A DNA stretch of 32,000 bases from Allobaculum fili (GTDB taxonomy: Bacteria; Bacillota_I; Bacilli_A; Erysipelotrichales; Erysipelotrichaceae), in contig NZ_JAHDSX010000011.1 of assembly GCF_020969955.1 (NCBI RefSeq), positions 30,001 through 62,000 on the forward strand, given 5' to 3'. Below the pieces are notes generated by a model, which saw only the letters and a program-made list of their open reading frames with translations, made no database searches and had not been told where the DNA came from. Every line of letters begins with the position of its first letter. Position 1 is the first letter of the stretch. This document shows positions 8,197-15,808 of the stretch, piece after piece. The position numbers and the translations under genes are program-made.

Positions 8197-10178
8197 CAGC
8201 GAATGGTCGTTCCGGGTTCAACGGCGTCATCCAGGAAGACAACGGCAGGCTTGCCGTCCTTGCCCACGCTGCACAGCAGCATGCCCTGACTTTCCACGCC
8301 GCGCAGTTTAGCCGGCTTCAGGTTGGCGACAACGACAACCATTTTTCCCTGAATGTCTTCCGGCGCATACGCCTGTGCAATGCCGGAAACGATCTGGCGG
8401 ACATCGCCGTTTCCAAGATCGACGGTTTCCACAAGCAGGCGGTTTGCGTCTGGATGAACTTTGGCTTCAAGAACGCGGCCGGCTTTCAGAGACACTTTCG
8501 CAAAGTCATCGATCTCGATCGGCTCTGCGGGCTTCTCTTCTTTTTTGGAGGCCTTCTTCTCTTTTTTCTTTTCTTTCTTCGCGGCTTTTTCGGGTTCTTC
8601 CTGCGTCAGGCCGTTTTCTTTCGCAAACTTGGCGGCATCAATACGCGCAAAGAGCGGTTCGATCTTTTCGGCGACATGAATGCCCTGTTCGAGCGCACCG
8701 AAATGACGGGCGGAATCGAGCGTGCGTTCCTTTGTGTTGAGCGCATCGAGAATTTTTGCCGAAGTTTCGGGCATGAAGCTTTCGAGCAGAATGCCGGCAA
8801 TGCGGATGCTTTCGAGCAGGTTGTACAGAACCGTTTTCAGACGCGGCAGATCCTCTTCGGATTTGGCCAGCTTCCACGGTTCGGTTTCATCAATGTATTT
8901 ATTGGAACGGCGCAGAAGGGTGAAGATTTCGTCGAGCGCAGCGCTGACCTGGAAGTCTTCCATCTTCTCTTCGGTTTTCACCACCGCATTTTCGGCAGCT
9001 GCTTTGAGTTCGTCATCGACCGGTGCAGTCACGCCTGGATTTTCGACAAGACCGTCAAAGTACTTGTTTTCCATGGCAATCGTCCGGCTGACGAGGTTTC
9101 CAAGGACGTTGGCCAGATCGGAGTTGATGCGTTCGATCATCAGATCCCACGTAATCGTTCCGTCCTGTGCAAACGGCATTTCGTGCAGGCAGTAGTAGCG
9201 AACGGCGTCGACGCCGAAATGTTCAACGAGTTCTTCGGCGTAAATGACGTTGCCTTTGGATTTGGACATTTTGCCCTCTCCAATTAACATCCACGGATGA
9301 CCGAAGACTTTTTTGGGCATCGGCAGATCGAGCGCCATCAGGAAGATCGGCCAGTAAATGGTATGGAAGCGAAGAATGTCCTTGCCGATAATGTGAGTCG
9401 CCGGCCAGAACTTCTTAAAGGCTTCCGGCTGTTCTTCGCAGGGCAGATCGGCATCGTAGCCAAGCGACGTAATATAGTTTGTCAGCGCATCGAGCCATAC
9501 ATAGACAACGTGCTTGCTGTCGAAATCGACCGGGATGCCCCAGGAGAAGGACGTGCGGGATACGCACAGATCCTGCAGACCGGGTTTGAGGAAGTTGTTG
9601 ACCATTTCGTTTTTGCGGCTTTCGGGCTGAATGAAATCCGGATGATCCTCAATATACTTCATCAGACGATCCGCGTATTTGCGCATGTTGAAGAAGTAGG
9701 CTTCTTCTCTCGCTTTGTGAACGGGTCTTCCGCAGTCCGGGCAGTTGCCGTCCACGAGCTGCGACTCGGTCCAGAACGATTCGCAGGGTGTACAGTACCA
9801 GCCTTCGTATTCGCCTTTGTAAATGTCGCCCTGTTCATACAGACGACGGAAAATTTTCTGTACCGCTTTGACGTGCTTTTCGTCGGTGGTGCGGATGAAG
9901 CAGTCGTAGGACGTATTCATCAGATCCCAGTTGGAGCGGATTTTTCCGGCAACGTCATCGACGAAGGCCTGCGGCGTAATGCCTGCCGCGGCGGCTTTTT
10001 CTTCAATTTTCTGACCGTGTTCGTCGGTTCCGGTCTGAAAGAAGACATCGTAGCCCTGCGCCCGTTTAAAGCGGGCGAGCGCATCGGAGAGAATGATCTC
10101 GTAGGTGTTTCCAATATGTGGTCTTCCTGACGTATACGCGATCGCGGTCGTCAGAAAGTAAGGCGTTTTCTCTGTCAT
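8196..10178 (-). CDS. metG: Methionine--tRNA ligase with a C-terminal tRNA-binding (Trbp111/EMAP-like) domain
   Basis: The HIGH-type motif (RPHIGNTYE), the Zn knuckle CTPCES...CPDCG and KMSKS are all present. The C-terminal segment LKAGRVLEAKVHPDANRLLV...SQGMLL is a tRNA-binding domain. The ORF-track start at 10331 adds 51 non-homologous residues. The ATG at 10178 (MTEKTPYFLTT) has AAAGGAAG upstream. Confidence 0.95.
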   Translation of the reverse strand: MTEKTPYFLTTAIAYTSGRPHIGNTYEIILSDALARFKRAQGYDVFFQTGTDEHGQKIEEKAAAAGITPQAFVDDVAGKIRSNWDLMNTSYDCFIRTTDEKHVKAVQKIFRRLYEQGDIYKGEYEGWYCTPCESFWTESQLVDGNCPDCGRPVHKAREEAYFFNMRKYADRLMKYIEDHPDFIQPESRKNEMVNNFLKPGLQDLCVSRTSFSWGIPVDFDSKHVVYVWLDALTNYITSLGYDADLPCEEQPEAFKKFWPATHIIGKDILRFHTIYWPIFLMALDLPMPKKVFGHPWMLIGEGKMSKSKGNVIYAEELVEHFGVDAVRYYCLHEMPFAQDGTITWDLMIERINSDLANVLGNLVSRTIAMENKYFDGLVENPGVTAPVDDELKAAAENAVVKTEEKMEDFQVSAALDEIFTLLRRSNKYIDETEPWKLAKSEEDLPRLKTVLYNLLESIRIAGILLESFMPETSAKILDALNTKERTLDSARHFGALEQGIHVAEKIEPLFARIDAAKFAKENGLTQEEPEKAAKKEKKKEKKASKKEEKPAEPIEIDDFAKVSLKAGRVLEAKVHPDANRLLVETVDLGNGDVRQIVSGIAQAYAPEDIQGKMVVVVANLKPAKLRGVESQGMLLCSVGKDGKPAVVFLDDAVEPGTTIR

Positions 10179-10476
10179 GTACCTGTTGCTTCCTTTCTTG
10201 AGCGGCTTTCCTGAAAGCCAAAAAATCGCTTTTGCAGGTTCAGCGTGGCGGCTCCGGAATCTGTCTGGCGTTCGGTCTGTCTGTGCGTAAAGTGCAGCAG
10301 ACAAAGCGCCCGTTCCGGCATGCCGATTCATTGAAAAATTTTACCACAAACCGGACCAATTCCATCTTTGCCCGCGAAATCCCTGCGCTCATGGCGAAAG
10401 TATGAAAAGCTTCTCGTGTTTATTTGTCGTTTTCATGCTTTGCGCAATCTTGCGGCACCAATCGAAGCGAGCAAAA

Positions 10477-10516
10477 GTAAAAACAGATCCCGCCCTGAAC
10501 AAACAGGGCGGGATCC
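10477..10516 (-). terminator. Rho-independent terminator of the RDD-PHP gene
   Basis: GATCCCGCCCTG (10486-10497) pairs with CAGGGCGGGATC (10504-10515). TGTTTTT follows on the minus strand. Confidence 0.7.
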
Positions 10517-10550
10517 TTGTGCCTTTGAACATTCTAAAGCAGTAAAGCGA

Positions 10551-12209
10551 TCAGCCGGCACGTCTGGAAGAAGACGGTCTGGGCGGTTCGAGGGCAGCCT
10601 GCGTAAAAAGCTCGACTACCGAACGGGCTTTGCCGGTCATCGTCGTTACGCCCATCTTTCGATCGGGACGTCTTGTGCCATGGTAATCCGAACCGGCGGT
10701 AATGAGCGATTTTTCCTCGCCGGCCAGTTTGAGCAGGAAGCGCTTTTCGGCTTCCGTATTGTTGGGAGCGAACACTTCAAAGCCGTCGAGTCCGCCATCC
10801 ATCAGCCGAAGGAGAACTTCACTGGAAATGCGGGAAATGTGCCAGCCGGAAAGTACGGCCAGTCCCCCGGCCTGATGAATGCCTTCAATGACTTTCAGGG
10901 CGTTTGGATATTTATACGTAATGTGACACGGGCCGCCTGGACCGAAATAGTCCCGCAGGAACGCCTCACGGGCTTCTTTTTCCGAACGGGCGCTGATCAG
11001 ATAGCTCGATACAGCCGGCAGCTTGCGGGCTTCGGGCGTATCGAATACCAGATCGGTCAGCTCCTGCGGACGCAGCAGCTTGAAGCGCGAGTTGGAAAGC
11101 AGGGATTCCGTATCGACTTTCATGCCGGTTGCGGCTTCAAAGGCGCGGATCCGGTCGATCGACGCGTCTTTTTCCCGTTTCAGGGAAAGGCGTTCAATCT
11201 GGTCGAAAAACGACGCCGTCCAGTCGATGTAGTAGCCCAGAATCCGGACGCGTTCTCCATCGAGTTCACAGTCGATTTCGACGCCCGGAATGTAGCGGAT
11301 GCCATACATTTTCGCAAAGCGCACCGCCTGGGCGTTGGCTCTGGCGTTGTTATGGTCGGTAATGGAAATGACTTCCATGTTCTGTTCTTTCGCCTGACAG
11401 AAAATATCTTCCACTTCCCCGTCCGCGTCGTCGCTGAAGCTTGAGCGAATGTGCAGATCGATCGGCCAGATCTGTTTTTCTTCCTCGCTCAGTGCCGGTT
11501 TAACCTGCCCTTTGGGCTGCGGTTTTGCCGCCTGAGCCGCGGGCTTTTCCGACGGAGAAGCGGCGGAAGAATTTTCGTTTTCTTCCGTATTGGACGGAGC
11601 CGGTTTCTGGCCCTTGGCTTTCGAGCCGACGACGCGCATGGAATAGCGCGGCGTATACACCAGAGCCAGATTGAGCAGCCAGTCAAAAATGGTCTGCTGG
11701 TGAGGGGATGCGAGAACGCAAAGTCCGTTCACGCCCCACCATAAGAAGATGCCCCAGATGGAGAAGAAATATCCAAAAAGCATCATCGGCGCGCCGATGC
11801 CGAGCAGTTCGCGCACGACAAGCCGCATGACGGTTGCCGGTTTTTTATCCGCCCGTACTAGACGCAGTCCCATCAGCCGTCCGCCCCACGAGTACCCGCC
11901 CTTGGAGGCGGTGTACAGGGGAAGAAGGATGCAGCTCGTCAAAAAGAGCAGGGCATACATTATATAAAAAAGCAGATCGAAATAAGCCGGGGAGATGACT
12001 CCCGATAAAATCAGGATAAACTCAACGCCCCAGACGTAGACGGGGAGCAGACAGATGCTCAGATCAATCAGATACGCATACAGGTGATTCTGATAGTCCG
12101 CAAACGTCCGGTTTAAAAAGACGGCTTTCTTATAGCCTTCTTTTACATAGAGTTCCTGTTCCTTGACAAATTTCGCCCGCTCGAGATCTTTCTTGCTGTA
12201 AGTGGCCAT
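10551..12209 (-). CDS. Membrane RDD-family domain fused to a PHP (polymerase/histidinol-phosphatase) phosphoesterase-like domain
   Basis: The N-terminal third has RDD-like TM helices (YLIDLSICLLPVYVWG...RLMGLRLVRADKK...VVRELLG). A P/A/K-rich linker follows. The C-terminal part is PHP-like (IDLHIRSSFSDDADG, ISITDHNN, GVEID, GSDYHG). The ATG at 12209 has GAGGT upstream, and the TTG at 12257 is an alternative start. Confidence 0.75.
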   Translation of the reverse strand: MATYSKKDLERAKFVKEQELYVKEGYKKAVFLNRTFADYQNHLYAYLIDLSICLLPVYVWGVEFILILSGVISPAYFDLLFYIMYALLFLTSCILLPLYTASKGGYSWGGRLMGLRLVRADKKPATVMRLVVRELLGIGAPMMLFGYFFSIWGIFLWWGVNGLCVLASPHQQTIFDWLLNLALVYTPRYSMRVVGSKAKGQKPAPSNTEENENSSAASPSEKPAAQAAKPQPKGQVKPALSEEEKQIWPIDLHIRSSFSDDADGEVEDIFCQAKEQNMEVISITDHNNARANAQAVRFAKMYGIRYIPGVEIDCELDGERVRILGYYIDWTASFFDQIERLSLKREKDASIDRIRAFEAATGMKVDTESLLSNSRFKLLRPQELTDLVFDTPEARKLPAVSSYLISARSEKEAREAFLRDYFGPGGPCHITYKYPNALKVIEGIHQAGGLAVLSGWHISRISSEVLLRLMDGGLDGFEVFAPNNTEAEKRFLLKLAGEEKSLITAGSDYHGTRRPDRKMGVTTMTGKARSVVELFTQAALEPPRPSSSRRAG

Positions 12210-12267
12210 TCGTACCTCGATTCTCGTTCGATATCTAGTATTTTCATCATACGGCAATCCCGCATAA

Positions 12268-12302
12268 ATTCAAAAAGTCCGCCAGGACAGTCCCGGCGAA
12301 CT
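12268..12302 (-). terminator. Rho-independent terminator of the 627-aa secreted protein gene
   Basis: The minus-strand RNA AGUUCGCCGGG-acugu-CCUGGCGGACU forms an 11-bp stem that includes two G-U pairs. UUUUUGAAUUU follows. Confidence 0.6.
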
Positions 12303-12390
12303 TTGATCATACAAAGGATTGTTGAAAAAGCAAAGGATTAACCTGTCCCTTTCGCAAGGGAAAGGCGAAATGAACGGACGCTTCCTCTTT

Positions 12391-14274
12391 TTAAAGCGAG
12401 GCGTCGTCTTCGTCCTTGTTCGTTTTGCCAAAGGCAGCCTGGCTGAACGTTACCAGCGCGCTGGCCGCACCCGCAAAGGAAGCGAGATACATCGGCAGTT
12501 CCGCTACGGAAGCGGTATTGACCGATCCGGCTGAGGAAGGCAGATTTTCCTTTTGCAGCGGCATGCCCAGACGGTATTCATTCGCCTGACGATACAGCTG
12601 CTGGAAGCGGGAGCTTCCGTTGGCAATCAGATAGTCGTTGACGGACCGGCGCTGACTCGTGCTCAGCGCGTTCCAGGCTTTCATGCCGTTAAGGACCTGC
12701 TGGTAGTTGGACGCGTTAATCGCCTTGATCACAGCTCCGTTTTGCATGGCGTAGCGCTGAACGAAATCATTGGCCTGATTATCGAGGCTCATCAGCGTCG
12801 GCGCATTGATCAGAGCGGCACGCTGTTTTGCGATCGTCTCATCCGCGATTTCCGGGAAGACGCTCAGCTGGGCGACTTTGCCGGCTTCTTCTGAATTTTC
12901 CGAAGACGCAGCCTTGTCCACGGTCCAGACGGACTCGGTTTTGATTCCGGTGGCTTCCGCAGTATTTGCTGGCGCTGCTGCCGGATCAACTGGCTGAATT
13001 TCGTTCTGAATGCCGTCGGTTTCCGCGATCGGGTTGAGCACGGCGTAGCCGATGCGCGGCAGCTGCAGCGTGCTGGAATCCATATTGTAGGAACAGCTGC
13101 TGGCGTTATAGAGCGTTACCGCGATATGACCGTCCAGACCGATGCCGTAATCAAACAGCATTTGCAGATCTCCGGCTGCCACACGGTATAAAACCGCAGT
13201 CTGTACGGTTACCTCTTTATTCGTGTACTGGTAAATGACCGGTTCGACCGTCCAGGCGGGCCAGCCGGCATTTTCTGCCAGCGACTTGGCAATGGTACCC
13301 GTCAGATCGTCGGTTTCCGGATTCACGGGAAAGCTCAGGGTCTGTACGCTCATGCCGCCTGGCATGTGTGAAGAAGACAGATTGAGCGTTCCTTCTGTGT
13401 ACTGGTAGGAAACCGGTTTGGTTTCCACAACTTCAGCGGGAGCTTCGGGAGCAGCGTCTTCCGGTTTTGCCGGATCTGTGTCATCGGCAGGTTTGTCAGA
13501 CGTTTCTTCATCAGAAACGTTCGAATTTTCCTGTGCATCCGAAGTCTGCGCATTTCCGTTTTCGCCATTTACCGGCTGCTCCGTTTTGGAATCCGGCGTC
13601 TGAGAAGGTGTCTGCTCATTGGAAGTTCCTGTATCTTCACTGGATTTAACATCCTCTCCATTGGCGGGTGCTTCCTGTGAAGGATCAGCCTTTGTCGGTG
13701 CGGAAGAATCCGAAGCGGATGTTTCGTTAGTACCGTAAGGCTGTTCATCCTTTTTTTCCGAAGAAGCCGAACTGTCCGCTGCGCTCTGAGCCGGATCGCT
13801 TTTCGTCTGCGAAGAAGCGTCCAAATCCGCGGAAGGCGCGGCCGGTGCAGGCGTTTGCGGTGTCTGCGCTGCGTTTTCTAAAGCAGCACAATAGTCCACT
13901 GCGCTCTGCGCAAGGGCGGGATAGTCGATGCCAAACGCAGCGGCCGCCTGAATGACGATCTGCTGGCGCTGGGCGTCCATCTGATCAAAGATGCCTTTGC
14001 CCTGCGCGAGAAGCGGTGCGTTTTCCGGGGTAAGCGTCGTATACCATACGGAATCTTTTACGCTGCTGCCGTCAGGCAGAAGACGAATGGTTTCAAATTT
14101 ACAAAATCGATTCACGAACTCATCAGGAGTGATGCATGCGGGATCGACCGTTTCCCCTTCGATAACGGCGGGGAGCGTGGAATTGGAAGCCAGAACCGGC
14201 CGGATCATCGATCCTGCAGGCAGGCAGACCGCCGCCATCAGGGCGGCAAGAGAATACAAAGATGTCTTTTTCAC
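12391..14274 (-). CDS. Secreted/cell-surface protein of unknown function with an acidic S/T/P-rich disordered region and a C-terminal hydrophobic anchor
   Basis: GTG start at 14274 with GGAGGG 5 nt upstream. The signal peptide is MKKTSLYSLAALMAAVCLPAG. A low-complexity region of about 150 aa is rich in D, E, S, T and P. The C-terminal end is a hydrophobic segment YLASFAGAASALVTF followed by a charged tail. I recognise no family. Confidence 0.7.
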   Translation of the reverse strand: MKKTSLYSLAALMAAVCLPAGSMIRPVLASNSTLPAVIEGETVDPACITPDEFVNRFCKFETIRLLPDGSSVKDSVWYTTLTPENAPLLAQGKGIFDQMDAQRQQIVIQAAAAFGIDYPALAQSAVDYCAALENAAQTPQTPAPAAPSADLDASSQTKSDPAQSAADSSASSEKKDEQPYGTNETSASDSSAPTKADPSQEAPANGEDVKSSEDTGTSNEQTPSQTPDSKTEQPVNGENGNAQTSDAQENSNVSDEETSDKPADDTDPAKPEDAAPEAPAEVVETKPVSYQYTEGTLNLSSSHMPGGMSVQTLSFPVNPETDDLTGTIAKSLAENAGWPAWTVEPVIYQYTNKEVTVQTAVLYRVAAGDLQMLFDYGIGLDGHIAVTLYNASSCSYNMDSSTLQLPRIGYAVLNPIAETDGIQNEIQPVDPAAAPANTAEATGIKTESVWTVDKAASSENSEEAGKVAQLSVFPEIADETIAKQRAALINAPTLMSLDNQANDFVQRYAMQNGAVIKAINASNYQQVLNGMKAWNALSTSQRRSVNDYLIANGSSRFQQLYRQANEYRLGMPLQKENLPSSAGSVNTASVAELPMYLASFAGAASALVTFSQAAFGKTNKDEDDASL

Positions 14275-14363
14275 ATGACCCTCCTTCTATCTATTCACCG
14301 TTTTCAAAGCGGCAGAAAAGCCCGCTTTGAAAACAAACGTTCAAATCAGATTCAACACTTCAT

Positions 14364-14384
14364 TGAAAACCGGCAGGCGGTTTT
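14364..14384 (-). terminator. Possible terminator hairpin immediately after dxr
   Basis: In minus sense: GAAAACCG-ccugc-CGGUUUUC, 9 nt after the dxr stop. The U-run is partly inside the stem, so this is weak or atypical. Confidence 0.35.
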
Positions 14385-14392
14385 CAGCTTTC

Positions 14393-15574
14393 TCAGTCTA
14401 GGGGTCCAGACGCGTTTTGTCCACACCAGCGGGCTTTGACGTGCGCGCGGGTCCGGGCATCCGTGTCGAAGAGATCGTTCAGATCCGGGTTTTCGATAAA
14501 GGGAATCTGTTCGAGCGCGTCGGCGATCGCCTCTTCGATTTCGAGAAAGGAAATTTTCTTTTTCAAAAACAGGTCTACCGCCTGTTCATCCGCCGCATTG
14601 AAAATGCAGCCGGCGTTGCCGCCGCGCTTTCCCGCCTGAACGGCCAGTAAAAGCATCGGATAGCGATCGTAATCCATTTCCTTAAAGTTTAAAGTCAGAG
14701 TCCGGGTAAGATCAAGCGGATGATCTTCTTTTAAATACGGGCGATCCGGGCCGTACAGCGCGTACTGAATCGGCAGGCGCATATCCGCGCTGCCCAGCTG
14801 GGCAATGCTCGCGCCGTCCTGATATTCGACTATCGAATGAACGATCGACTGCGGATGGAGTACCGTGGCGATCTGTTCATACGGCATATCAAAGAGATAG
14901 TGCGCCTCAATGACTTCAAAGCCTTTGTTGACCATCGTCGCCGAATCGATTGTAATACGCGGCCCCATCGACCACGACGGATGCTTCAGCGCCCGCTCCG
15001 GTATAATGTCGGCCAGTTCCTCCCGGCCAAGATCGCGCAGCGATCCGCCCGAGGCGGTAATGATCAGTCGGGAAACGTCTTCGTGACGGTTTCCCTGCAG
15101 GCATTGCCAGATGGCGGAATGTTCGGAATCGATCGGGCGCAAAACGGCGTCATGCTTTTTCAGGGCGTCCTGAACGAGTTCGCCGCCGCAGACCAGCGAT
15201 TCCTTATTGGCTAACGCGACATCCTTGTCGCGTTCAATTGCAGCCAGCGTCGGAGCGAGACCGCGAAAGCCGACAACCGCGTTGACAAGCAGATCGTAGT
15301 CGAGTTCTTCGACCATATGCACCATCTGTTTTTCGCCGCCATACCAGACCACGCCGTTTGCATCTTCCCTTATGGTCTCGTCCTGCGCGCTGAGTCCCGC
15401 CGCTTTTACAGATGGAAACTGCGCGAGAATGCTTTCAAGTGCGGCTTTATTTTTTCCGGCACTGATGCCGACCAGTTCAAAATCATCCGGATGGGCTTGC
15501 AGCACATCCAGTGTCTGCGTACCGATCGAGCCGGTCGCGCCAAGAAGCAGAAGTTTTACAGGTTTTTTGTTCAT
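14393..15574 (-). CDS. dxr: 1-deoxy-D-xylulose-5-phosphate reductoisomerase
   Basis: MNKKPVKLLLLGATGSIGTQTLDV (NADPH-binding N-terminus), LANKESLV, DSEHSAIWQCL and NKGFEVIEAHYLF are classic Dxr motifs. The ORF-track start at 15763 adds 63 non-homologous residues, so the ATG at 15574 is used. Confidence 0.93.
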   Translation of the reverse strand: MNKKPVKLLLLGATGSIGTQTLDVLQAHPDDFELVGISAGKNKAALESILAQFPSVKAAGLSAQDETIREDANGVVWYGGEKQMVHMVEELDYDLLVNAVVGFRGLAPTLAAIERDKDVALANKESLVCGGELVQDALKKHDAVLRPIDSEHSAIWQCLQGNRHEDVSRLIITASGGSLRDLGREELADIIPERALKHPSWSMGPRITIDSATMVNKGFEVIEAHYLFDMPYEQIATVLHPQSIVHSIVEYQDGASIAQLGSADMRLPIQYALYGPDRPYLKEDHPLDLTRTLTLNFKEMDYDRYPMLLLAVQAGKRGGNAGCIFNAADEQAVDLFLKKKISFLEIEEAIADALEQIPFIENPDLNDLFDTDARTRAHVKARWCGQNASGPLD

Positions 15575-15725
15575 AGAAAAATGTCCATTCTTATCCCCTG
15601 CGGGATAAAGGCTGTCCTCGTTTTCTTCTTTCTTAATTTTTCCCTGTTCCCCGTTCCAAAACGGCAGGCCAGAGCGAAAACTCCCGCATATAAGGGAGGC
15701 TGGGCATCGTTTCTTTTGCGCCCAT

Positions 15726-15751
15726 GAAAAAAAGAGGACCGCAGTCCTCTT
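15726..15751 (-). terminator. Rho-independent terminator of glgP
   Basis: In minus sense: AGAGGACUGCGGUCCUCU followed by UUUUUUU (plus-strand A-run at 15727-15733). Confidence 0.75.
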
Positions 15752-15808
15752 TATTATAAGCAAATCGTGATTTTTAAGACGAATTGAACCGAATGGGAAC
15801 CGTCGCGC

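Noticed and set aside
8187-10130. 366-aa and 277-aa plus-strand ORFs (8187-9287 and 9297-10130)
   Set aside because: They are shadow ORFs antisense to metG. The products are F/G/R-rich junk.
10179-10331. N-terminal 51-aa extension of the metG ORF, and similar extensions of dxr (15575-15763), glgP (18275-18346) and DUF1846 (28549-28725)
   Set aside because: The extensions are Arg/Ser-rich, lack an RBS, and precede internal ATGs. Those ATGs have good SD sequences and give the family-typical N-termini.
10400-10476. Possible T-box element (minus sense ...GATTGGTGCCGCAAG...) upstream of metG
   Set aside because: The resemblance to the GGGTGGTACCGCG core is only partial. The element lies about 270 nt from the start codon, upstream of the likely promoter rather than next to a terminator or antiterminator.
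10368-11444. 358-aa plus-strand ORF
   Set aside because: It lies antisense to the RDD-PHP gene and spans the terminator at 10486-10515. No motifs are present.
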